From Fibrobacteria bacterium (GTDB taxonomy: Bacteria > Fibrobacterota > Fibrobacteria > UBA11236 > JADFYW01), in NCBI GenBank assembly GCA_050294405.1, contig JBNKOC010000016.1:288001-352000 (forward strand): 64,000 bases of DNA. The letters are read 5' to 3'. Numbering within the stretch: position 1 is the first letter of the stretch; each line of letters starts with the position of its first letter. Both the position numbers and the translations under genes were made by a program. Positions 47,751 through 55,977 of this stretch are shown here, one piece after another. The notes under the pieces were generated by a model, which did not search any database, had not been told where the DNA came from, and saw nothing but the letters and a program-made list of their open reading frames with translations.

Positions 47751-47828
47751 GGAAGAACAGCCCCAATAATTGATTCTTCTTAAAATTTAAATAAATCCAA
47801 AGAAAAGAGGTTGGAAAAGCCCAATGCT

Positions 47829-48500
47829 TTAATTTTTTGCTTCTCGGGCAAAATTAATGGCCTTTCTGCTGTCTTCTTCTAACTGGGTCCAGTCTTTTTT
47901 AGCTACAACCTCTGTGCGAATCAGCGAACTGGACATACCCACACAACAGGCACCGGCTTTTATCCAACTGGAGATGGATTCGTAATTATTCTCTACGCCA
48001 CCTGTGGGCATGAGCTGAGACCAGGGCATAGGCCCCTTTATAGCCTTAATAAAAGAAGGACCACCCACTTGGGCCGCTGGAAAAACTTTACAGACTTCCA
48101 CTCCAAGTTCTTCGGCATTGCCAATTTCTGTGGCAGTCCCGCAGCCTGGCATATAAGCCACTTTGCGGCGATTGCAAAAAAGGGCCGTTTCCCTTTTAAA
48201 GTTTGGCGAAACAATGAAATTGGCGCCGTTGTTTATGTAAGTTGCCGCGGTGATTTCTTCGGGGATGGAGCCTGCCCCTAAAATAACCTGAGGCATTTCC
48301 GCTCTGAATTTTTTAATAAGTTCTGCAAAAATTTCCTGGGCAAAATCACCTCTGTGGGTAAATTCAACCACTGTAGCTCCCCCACGAGCCAGAGCAGCAA
48401 CGATATTAGCGGCAGTGTCAAAATCCCCGTGGTAAAATACCGGGATAACAGAAATATGTTGCATAGCCTGAAGTACATGCAGTCTGGAATGGGCGGCCAT
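47829..48500 (-). CDS. eda: KDPG/KHG aldolase
   Basis: VEFT, LGAGS, GANFIVSP, PGCGT..EI, KVFPA, MPTGGV. Confidence 0.92.
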   Translation of the reverse strand: MAAHSRLHVLQAMQHISVIPVFYHGDFDTAANIVAALARGGATVVEFTHRGDFAQEIFAELIKKFRAEMPQVILGAGSIPEEITAATYINNGANFIVSPNFKRETALFCNRRKVAYMPGCGTATEIGNAEELGVEVCKVFPAAQVGGPSFIKAIKGPMPWSQLMPTGGVENNYESISSWIKAGACCVGMSSSLIRTEVVAKKDWTQLEEDSRKAINFAREAKN

Positions 48501-48514
48501 TTTTATGAATCCTT

Positions 48515-51052
48515 TTAAGCTTTAAGTTTAAGACAAGCCCAGGGAGTTATTATCAAAGACACCACCAGACAGGCAAAAAATCCTGTAATGGCTAATTGTC
48601 CTATGGTTCCAATACCCTGGTGGGTGGTAAATAACATTCCTGCGTAACCAGCTAAGGTGGTTATTACTGAGGCGCTAACCAGTGAGCCTGTTACTGAAAA
48701 TAATTCAGCCAAATTTTCTTTTTTGTAGTGCTGGTATCCCAGAGTAAGATGGATAACCGAGTCCACACTTACTCCAAGTAGGGAAGGAATGACAATTAAA
48801 TTAAATGGACCGAGCTTAAGGCCTAAAAGCCCCATCCAGCCGACAGTCCAGAATATGCCTAAAAATAATCCGAGAATGGAAATGATAAATAATTTGACGC
48901 TCCTGAGGGTTAAGGCCAGTGTAAGAGCGATTATAAGCGAAATCATCCAAGCCATTTTTAAACTGTCGGACTTTACCAGACGAATTATGTCGGCGTAAAT
49001 AAAACTGCTGGAATACATTTTGAGATGCTCCCCATTCAATTCGAAATGTCCGTATCGGTCTTGAAACTTGGCTGCTTCACGGGAGTCTGAGGAATTGTAG
49101 CTGCCGTATATAAAGGCAATTTTTCCATAACTACCGTCCCGTTCCTGCACCAGCCTTAAGGCCCAGGGAGGAATCTCTTCTGCACCGAAGGGTTCCACCT
49201 CAGTCATGTCCCTGAGCTTTGCAATCATCATGGAGTCTTTTCCTTCAGCCTTGTCAAAAACTCTGGCGGAAATTTCGTCAGCAATTTCTTCTATGATTTC
49301 CATTCTATCTTCCTGCCGAGATTCGGGAGGAACAAAAGTAGATAGAGTTAAAAAGCTTCTTAGCAAGCTGTCTTTTTCCACAGCTAACCGGTGTAAAAGG
49401 GTATCGTGCAGTTGAACCATTGTCTCGGGGTTTTGAGCTAAAGCTACAATGGGTTGGCTGCTTTTGCGGTTGCTCTGGATGGCGACACCAACATGGCGAT
49501 TGCTTCCCTTATCTTTTGGCCGGTTGTCCCTTAGGTTTTTAAAATCGTGTTCAAATTCATTTTGAGGTATGAAGATGGTCAGAATAAGACTTCCAACCGC
49601 AATGGTAATAGCTCCTTTTTTAAGCACGGAAGGCCAGCTTTTTTCCGGGATAAGGCTAAACATGGAAAATTTCGGAGCCTTGGTGGGGAGAGCTAAAATA
49701 AACCCCAAAATGGGAATTTTACGCAAGGTTTGAAACAAAAACACCAAAGCAGGTAAAAAGGTGAAGGCGGTGATAACACTGAAAACAATTCCTGCGCTGG
49801 CAATTACGCCGAACTCGTAAAAACCCACAAACTTCGCTGCTAAAAGAGTAAGTAATCCGGCAATAGTGGTTATGGCGGCAAGCAATATGGGTTTTATCAT
49901 ATGTTGGAGAGTATCCACAAATGATTCTTGCCAGCTTTGTCCTTTGAATACACCTTTTTGAGCATGGCCCATAATGTGTATGGAATAGTCGATTCCCATT
50001 CCAAGAATAATGGCGAACACAAAGGCTGTATACATATTGAGCCTACCATAAACATAGTAGGTAAATGCCGCAGTATACATACAGGACACAATAACCTGAA
50101 CAATAATGGCGATAAAAGCACCGATGCTTCTGAAATACCAGGCTATGATTAATATAACCAGGACAATGGAGATGGAAGTGGAGATAATGCCATTCATGGC
50201 CAGGGATTCCACTTCCTGCAAACTCTGGTAGGAACCTTCCACCCCCACATCAATTTTATCGCCGTATTTTTCGCGGATGGGTTTTAGAATAACTTCAGTG
50301 CGGTCCAAAACTTCTTTCACATATTTTGTGTCACTACTGGGATATTTGAGAGCGGCTTGCACTACTCCGTTCCAGGTTCCATCCCGGTGGTAGCCGATTA
50401 ATTTGTTTTTTAAACTGTCTGGTAAGTTTTTTTTAGGATTCCATGCTTTTTTATCCCCTTTTTCTTCTTTGGGTTTTAAAAAATTGGTAAAGGCATCGGC
50501 AGCTTCATCTGGAAGTCCCAATTCCTGGGCAATGGAGGCATCAAACCAAACCCTTTCTTTGGGTTTGTCCTCTTCTTCATCCAAGCCTTCAAAGAGATCC
50601 ACTACGAGTGGGATGTTATTACCCAGTTCCAGTTTGAGATCCACCAGGTTTTCCAGAATATGCTCTAAATGGGGGATGGGCAAATAAAGTAAGGCATTTT
50701 TAACGAAAAAAGAATTGTCCCGCTCATCTTGGACATACAGGGCGTCTTCCCAATTCTTCTCAATTTGGTTTTTTATTTCCCGTTGAATGTCTGCCACCAG
50801 CACTGGTGAGTCGCTTTGAATGGCGATGGTAAACAAGTCCGCACTTCCAAAGCGCTGGTTAGACTCCTTCATTGCCAAAATGGTAGGGGTGTTTCGGGGG
50901 AGCAAGTCGTCTAAGTCCGCGTCAAGCCGGATTTTTCCCAATGGTCCTAAAGCGCACCAAAGGGCTAACCCCAAAACTATTAAAACAACAAGCCAGTGCC
51001 TTTTGGAAGCAAAATTGATATAAGTGTAAAGGAGGCTTCGGAATTTTTGCAT
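48515..51052 (-). CDS. MMPL/RND-family transporter
   Basis: Two repeats of TM + periplasmic domain + 5 TM; GMGIDYSIH and GVSVDSVIH; TTIAG/TTLAG. Confidence 0.88.
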   Translation of the reverse strand: MQKFRSLLYTYINFASKRHWLVVLIVLGLALWCALGPLGKIRLDADLDDLLPRNTPTILAMKESNQRFGSADLFTIAIQSDSPVLVADIQREIKNQIEKNWEDALYVQDERDNSFFVKNALLYLPIPHLEHILENLVDLKLELGNNIPLVVDLFEGLDEEEDKPKERVWFDASIAQELGLPDEAADAFTNFLKPKEEKGDKKAWNPKKNLPDSLKNKLIGYHRDGTWNGVVQAALKYPSSDTKYVKEVLDRTEVILKPIREKYGDKIDVGVEGSYQSLQEVESLAMNGIISTSISIVLVILIIAWYFRSIGAFIAIIVQVIVSCMYTAAFTYYVYGRLNMYTAFVFAIILGMGIDYSIHIMGHAQKGVFKGQSWQESFVDTLQHMIKPILLAAITTIAGLLTLLAAKFVGFYEFGVIASAGIVFSVITAFTFLPALVFLFQTLRKIPILGFILALPTKAPKFSMFSLIPEKSWPSVLKKGAITIAVGSLILTIFIPQNEFEHDFKNLRDNRPKDKGSNRHVGVAIQSNRKSSQPIVALAQNPETMVQLHDTLLHRLAVEKDSLLRSFLTLSTFVPPESRQEDRMEIIEEIADEISARVFDKAEGKDSMMIAKLRDMTEVEPFGAEEIPPWALRLVQERDGSYGKIAFIYGSYNSSDSREAAKFQDRYGHFELNGEHLKMYSSSFIYADIIRLVKSDSLKMAWMISLIIALTLALTLRSVKLFIISILGLFLGIFWTVGWMGLLGLKLGPFNLIVIPSLLGVSVDSVIHLTLGYQHYKKENLAELFSVTGSLVSASVITTLAGYAGMLFTTHQGIGTIGQLAITGFFACLVVSLIITPWACLKLKA

Positions 51053-51183
51053 GGCATAAAAATACATAAACCATTGGTTAACTTGTAATGAAAGCCCATT
51101 TTATGAACGAAAAAAGAAAAAAAAAGAAATCTCTGGAAAATTTGACTTTCCTGAAAATCAAATTATTTTTTGCCATGAAAATT

Positions 51184-51259
51184 GGGGTCTTAGCTCAGTT
51201 GGTAGAGCACAACGCTGGCAGCGTTGGGGTCAGGAGTTCGACTCTCCTAGGCTCCACCA
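51184..51259 (+). tRNA. tRNA-Ala (GGC)
   Basis: 76-nt cloverleaf; G3:U70 pair; anticodon arm CAACG-CTGGCAG-CGTTG; TTCGA loop; encoded CCA. Confidence 0.97.
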
Positions 51260-51287
51260 AATTTTCAAATTGTGGTATAATAATTGG

Positions 51288-51818
51288 GTGCTCGACGATT
51301 TTGAAATAAAGAGGCGACAGTTACTCAACCATTTAAAAAATCATCGCAAAAGTATAATTCCCCATAAGCCACAAGCTGAAAAGCCTCTTCCCAAGTTAAA
51401 GTTCGCTCAACCTCCCAAGGTTAAAAACAAAAACTTAGCTTCCGTTGGATTGCTTTCTATCGATCCGAAAACTATCCACTTTGTGGAGCGTGAAGGAGAG
51501 AGAGTAGCCAATTTTGAAATTTTTGATGATGGGGAGAAGTTGTTGCAATGGGTTCAGGAAGAAATACCACCCTTAGTTGTACTGGATATCGATCCCCCAT
51601 TGGAAGAACGGATTTTTATGGATTGTATTTCGGAGCTTCCTATTTTATCTGAAAGTACAAAGCCAATTTTGCTCACAAAAAATAAGAGAAATTCTAAAAT
51701 TTTTCAACTCACAAAAATGGGCATTAAAGCGGTAATGGGAAAACCAATTCAGCTATTAGATGTTAAATCACTTTTGAATGGAGTCGTTCCCCATGATTGT
51801 CGGCCTCCTACATACTGA
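51288..51818 (+). CDS. Atypical receiver-domain protein with basic N-terminal extension
   Basis: LVVLDIDPP (phospho-Asp position), ILLT, MGKP; first acidic pair absent; in-frame GTG at 51288 chosen as start. Confidence 0.55.
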   Translation: MLDDFEIKRRQLLNHLKNHRKSIIPHKPQAEKPLPKLKFAQPPKVKNKNLASVGLLSIDPKTIHFVEREGERVANFEIFDDGEKLLQWVQEEIPPLVVLDIDPPLEERIFMDCISELPILSESTKPILLTKNKRNSKIFQLTKMGIKAVMGKPIQLLDVKSLLNGVVPHDCRPPTY

Positions 51819-51993
51819 AAATAAAGCATTTTTAGCCGATATTTAGGTTAGGTAGCAACCTAGCTTTCAAGCTGACAGAAATTTTCGAAATCTCACTTGG
51901 ATCTTTCATTAAGGAAAGGTATATTTATTAATGCTCACAATTTATTTGAAAAAAGTGTAAATTAAAAAATAAAACAGAGCAGAAAACCAACTG

Positions 51994-52827
51994 ATGACCG
52001 ATATTTTTAATTATTCAGATTACCGCAATTATCTGGAAGACTATTATAAAGAGCAAAAGCAAAAGGATAAAAAATTCTCTCATCGCTATTTTGCTCAAAA
52101 AGCAGGTATAAACTCCTCGGGTTTTTTTTCCGATGTTATTGCCGGTAAAAGGAATTTAACGCCTGCATTAATTTTAAAATTCTCAAAGGCTTTAAAGCTC
52201 AAACGCAATCAGGAAGAATATTTTGAATTTTTGGTGAACTTCAATCAATCCACTAGTTTAGAGGAAAAAAACCATTACTATGAAAAGATGCTCAGTTTTA
52301 AAAACACCAATATTAAAATTTTGGAAAAAGAGCAGCACGAGTTTTACAGCACCTGGTATTTTTCCGCAATTCGCGAGCTTTTGTATTTTTACAAATTCAA
52401 AGACAATTTCAAAGAATTGGCCCGTAAATTAAACCCTCCCATAAGAGAAGATCAAGCCAAAAAAGCTATTCAGGTTTTGGAAAAATGCGATTTAATCCGA
52501 AAAGATAAAAATGGCTATTACTACCAAACCAGCGCCATAATTTCTTCTGGGAACGACTTTAAATCCATGAATGTGGCTAATTTTCAACTGGCAACCATAG
52601 ATTTGGCCAAGGACGCTATTCGGGGAACTCGAAAGTTGCACAAAGACAGAAGTATCTCTACTGTAACCTTGACTCTTTCCAAGAAATCCTACGAATCTGC
52701 TTCTGAAAAAATAGCTAAATTGCGAAAGGATTTATTAGCCTTAGCGGAGCAGGACAAAGCTGTAGATAGAGTATATCAGATGAATTTTCAAATATTTCCC
52801 TTAACCCGAATTGAGGATGGGCTTTAA
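51994..52827 (+). CDS. TIGR02147 family protein (HTH-like N-terminus, DUF4423-like C-terminus)
   Basis: IFNYSDYRNYL, FSHRYFAQKAG, GKRNLT, WYFSAIREL, RSIST.TL, VYQMNFQIFPL. Confidence 0.9.
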   Translation: MTDIFNYSDYRNYLEDYYKEQKQKDKKFSHRYFAQKAGINSSGFFSDVIAGKRNLTPALILKFSKALKLKRNQEEYFEFLVNFNQSTSLEEKNHYYEKMLSFKNTNIKILEKEQHEFYSTWYFSAIRELLYFYKFKDNFKELARKLNPPIREDQAKKAIQVLEKCDLIRKDKNGYYYQTSAIISSGNDFKSMNVANFQLATIDLAKDAIRGTRKLHKDRSISTVTLTLSKKSYESASEKIAKLRKDLLALAEQDKAVDRVYQMNFQIFPLTRIEDGL

Positions 52828-52828
52828 A

Positions 52829-54304
52829 ATGGTGCGCTTGCCTGGGTGGATGTATGCATGCCTAATGGTTTTAGCCGTTTTGTTTTTATCCTCTTGTTTG
52901 ATGGAAGGAGAGCCTCAACCTAAAGTTATTGGGCCCCAAATAGTGGACGAGCAGGGAAATCCTGTAGCGGGAGCTAGAGTTTATATTACCCCAGCCGATA
53001 ATATTCCGTTTAGAGGTTCGGGCTCTGAAACAGAATTGTTGGGCTCTGGTTCCGAAACGACTTTTAACGGAAGCGGAAGTGAAACCACACTCACTAACGA
53101 TGATGGTCGCTACAGTTTAGGCGGTTTAAAGGATGGCGACTACAACATTGAGGCCTATAAGGACGGAAAAATTTCATTCCGCAGTTCGGTGAATGTTAGT
53201 GACGAAGAACGATTGAAAAAACAAAGGGATACCTTACGCACCCCTGGAAAATTAGAAGCTAAGGTGGTTCTTCTTCCCGAAGATGATTTAAGAACGGTGT
53301 TTGTGTTTATTCTGGGAACGTCTCATTTAACAATGCCCGACTCTAACGGGGTCTTTGCTTTTCCTGATTTGGGAAAAGGAAAATACAATTTAAGAATATT
53401 ATCCACTTTGGATTCTTATGAAGTTTGGGATTCGGAGGAACTTGAGATTAAATCTGGAAAGAAAGTTGATTTGGGGGAAATATATCTACCTCACAAAACT
53501 GAATTAAATATGAAAATCACAGATTTAACCGGACAAGGAAAAAAGATCATAGAATTTGAAAACCCAGTTTATGGAATTGACTTTTATAGTGGGAACTTTT
53601 TCCAAGTTGATTTAAATGGAAATTTCATCCAATATGACCTGGAAGCTAAGGTTATTAACCAATGGAATATTGGGACAGCTTTAGATGATATATATAAAAC
53701 TAATGTAGTTAAGGTTTTGGGAAAGGATTCTCTGCTGGTGGTAGATGAAAATTATGATTTTACCATTTTTAGCTTTGAGGGAGATGAAGTATCAAAATTC
53801 AATATCCCTGTGGATTTTTATAATATATCCGTATTTAACAGACATTTATTACTCACGGATCTTTTTTCTTCAAAAATTTATGAATATGATTTAAATGGTA
53901 ATTTGTTTGAAACTTATTCAGAAAAGGATAAAAAGGGGACCCCATTTGGAGCCCTATGGGGCAGTGTTTATAATTCCAATGGGTTATATGTTTTGGAAAA
54001 GTCAGGAGTTGATAGCAAGGCAAATTTGATTCACTACAATGATGATTTTGAAATGATAAGCGAAATTACTTTGCCATTTCAAAGTAGCGAATGGTTAAGG
54101 ATCTCCGCAAACAATGAAGAAGTAATTGTTTTGGGAAGTAATTTTGCCTATGTAATTGATGAAGCGGATTCCATTAAACATAAAATCAAACTATATGATG
54201 GATTGTCATTAAATACAAAAACTCACACGGGCGTATCATTACCTGGCTCAAATCAAATTGCCGTTTATGATGAAACGGGATTTGTTGAGCTATTCGAATA
54301 TTAA
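52829..54304 (+). CDS. Lipoprotein with carboxypeptidase-regulatory-like (transthyretin-type) domains and a C-terminal beta-propeller
   Basis: Lipobox LSSC; VDEQGNPVAGARV, TNDDGRY..GDYNI, DSNGVFAF..GKY; propeller-like repeats; abuts the TIGR02147 gene. Confidence 0.7.
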   Translation: MVRLPGWMYACLMVLAVLFLSSCLMEGEPQPKVIGPQIVDEQGNPVAGARVYITPADNIPFRGSGSETELLGSGSETTFNGSGSETTLTNDDGRYSLGGLKDGDYNIEAYKDGKISFRSSVNVSDEERLKKQRDTLRTPGKLEAKVVLLPEDDLRTVFVFILGTSHLTMPDSNGVFAFPDLGKGKYNLRILSTLDSYEVWDSEELEIKSGKKVDLGEIYLPHKTELNMKITDLTGQGKKIIEFENPVYGIDFYSGNFFQVDLNGNFIQYDLEAKVINQWNIGTALDDIYKTNVVKVLGKDSLLVVDENYDFTIFSFEGDEVSKFNIPVDFYNISVFNRHLLLTDLFSSKIYEYDLNGNLFETYSEKDKKGTPFGALWGSVYNSNGLYVLEKSGVDSKANLIHYNDDFEMISEITLPFQSSEWLRISANNEEVIVLGSNFAYVIDEADSIKHKIKLYDGLSLNTKTHTGVSLPGSNQIAVYDETGFVELFEY

Positions 54305-54681
54305 GAGACTTTTAGAGTTCCGTTATCGTTCCAGATAGCTCCAGGCACCGGGGGTGGGTTTGTGGGCAAGTTATGCAAAATAACATAGCCATTTTTATCA
54401 ATAGTCATTTGCTTGGAAAGTGTGCCCTTATTTGCCGTAAAAAACTCCAAGTCACCAGCATTGGCGGAGCCGCTTGATTCTCCTTTTACCACATTTTGAA
54501 TTTTAGAACATACGCCTCTTCCATCTCCTACAAATTCAATGCTGACTTTATCATTGACAGAAGAAGCACCTCTTAATTGTAAGCCTGGGGAATCATTGCT
54601 GTATGTCATAACATAAATTAGCTTTCCGCCTGCACCGCCATCTATATTTGTAATACCTGCTTCAGTTTTTATATATGCCAT
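54301..54681 (-). CDS. Hypothetical protein resembling a phage tail-fibre C-terminal segment
   Basis: RBS ggag; GDLEFFT...QMTIDKNG and NLPTNPPPVPGAIWNDNGTLKVS. Confidence 0.55.
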   Translation of the reverse strand: MAYIKTEAGITNIDGGAGGKLIYVMTYSNDSPGLQLRGASSVNDKVSIEFVGDGRGVCSKIQNVVKGESSGSANAGDLEFFTANKGTLSKQMTIDKNGYVILHNLPTNPPPVPGAIWNDNGTLKVS

Positions 54682-54756
54682 GTTTTCTCCCTAATTAATG
54701 AAAGAATTAAAAAACAACAAGTATTTTATGTAAAATACTTGAAAGCCCTAAAAACT

Positions 54757-54788
54757 AAAAACCCCTGAGATTTCTCCCAAGGGTTTTT
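54757..54788 (-). terminator. Probable intrinsic terminator after the sigma factor gene
   Basis: aaaaaccc...gggttttt inverted repeat. Confidence 0.55.
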
Positions 54789-54811
54789 GAAATTTAATTT
54801 ATGAAATTGAG

Positions 54812-55621
54812 TTATGAAGTTGCGTCGATGTATCCTTCCAGCTTTTCAGCAAGGATATCCTTGAATTTACTTTTTTTCAAGCGACGTAATGCTTGGTCTC
54901 TCAATTGACGAACGCGTTCATGAGAAATGTTAAGGCTATCACCAACTTCTCTTAAAGTTTGAGGTGCTTCGAAGCCAATTCCGTACAAACCTTTTAAAAC
55001 CTTGGCTTCTCTTTCAGGAACTTCGCCTAACAATTCTCTGGTAAAACGTTCAACTTCACTGATTTCGGCATTGTTATCAGGTAAACCGGCTTTTTCGTCA
55101 GAAATAACTTCAGAATAAGTCATTTTAGAACCTTCTGACAAAGGAGCGTCAAAAGAACCACCACGTTCACCCAATTTAATGAGTTCTCTGATTTCATCAT
55201 TAATCTCTCCGCCATTGGCACTTTCTTTAAGAGCCTTGCGAACCCGAAGGTGCTGGTTGGCTGGAAGACGAATCAAGGAACCCTGCTCATTAATAGCTCT
55301 GGTAATGTATGCCTTAATCCACCATACGGCGTAAGAAATGAACTTTAATCCGCGGGTATGGTCGAAGCTTTCGATGGCGCGAACTAATCCCATTGCTCCT
55401 TCGCTAACTAAATCGGGAAGGGGAATAGGGCAACCACGATATTGAAGGGCAACCTTCAATACAAACCTCATATTGGCACTTAAAAGAGTAGCTCTGGCTT
55501 TGGCGTTGCCTTCGCGGCAAAGACGAAACAATTCCTGTTCTTCTTTTTTGGAAACAGGATTAGTCTTTCGGATATCGTCCAGGTATCTTCTAACTGTGGC
55601 ATCTGAATTTTCGTATATCAT
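54812..55621 (-). CDS. RpoD/SigA-family sigma70 factor without region 1.1
   Basis: YLDDI (1.2); ANMRFVLKVA, DLVSEGAMGL, KFISYAVWWI (2); TLREVG...SHERVRQ (4); start MIYEN at 55621. Confidence 0.93.
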   Translation of the reverse strand: MIYENSDATVRRYLDDIRKTNPVSKKEEQELFRLCREGNAKARATLLSANMRFVLKVALQYRGCPIPLPDLVSEGAMGLVRAIESFDHTRGLKFISYAVWWIKAYITRAINEQGSLIRLPANQHLRVRKALKESANGGEINDEIRELIKLGERGGSFDAPLSEGSKMTYSEVISDEKAGLPDNNAEISEVERFTRELLGEVPEREAKVLKGLYGIGFEAPQTLREVGDSLNISHERVRQLRDQALRRLKKSKFKDILAEKLEGYIDATS

Positions 55622-55659
55622 TTCTTCTTCTTTCCTTTTATAATTCAAGTCCCTAGTTA

Positions 55660-55676
55660 AGCAAATGACATACCAA
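55660..55676 (-). promoter_or_regulatory. Sigma54 (-24/-12) promoter of the sigma70 gene
   Basis: Minus strand TTGGTATGTCATTTGCT, GG-N10-GC, about 40 nt before the start codon. Confidence 0.65.
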
Positions 55677-55735
55677 TAAAAAATAGCTTTAAAATCGTAA
55701 AAAAAGGCCTTGTTTATAAAATGTGTATAGGTAGT

Positions 55736-55783
55736 AGTCACGCATGGTGACTGTTTTTATTTGTAAAGTCATTAAAAATGACA
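55736..55783. promoter_or_regulatory. Paired GTCA-N7-TGAC palindromes (candidate enhancer sites)
   Basis: aGTCAcgcatggTGACt (55736-52) and aGTCAttaaaaaTGACa (55767-83), 31 bp apart. Confidence 0.6.
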
Positions 55784-55977
55784 TTTGTCGAAGTTTTGCA
55801 TTCTTTATGGAAAAAATAGATAATTGAAGTTGCGGTACAAAATCTCATTAGAAGCTGTGACGTAAAATTCTTAAGTTTAGGTAAGAGTTACTAAAATTTA
55901 AGTTTATGTAAAAAACAGGATTTTCTTTCCGAGACTACAGGAAAGTTCCATGAGGCAATGAAGGCAATAAAATATTA

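Noticed and set aside
51844..51862. taggtt-N7-aaccta palindrome as a TIGR02147 operator
   Set aside because: Single 6-bp-arm palindrome with no second copy; not distinguishable from chance or a weak terminator
51184..54800. Genomic island integrated at tRNA-Ala
   Set aside because: No integrase and no duplicated tRNA 3' end found; the downstream genes are lineage-typical
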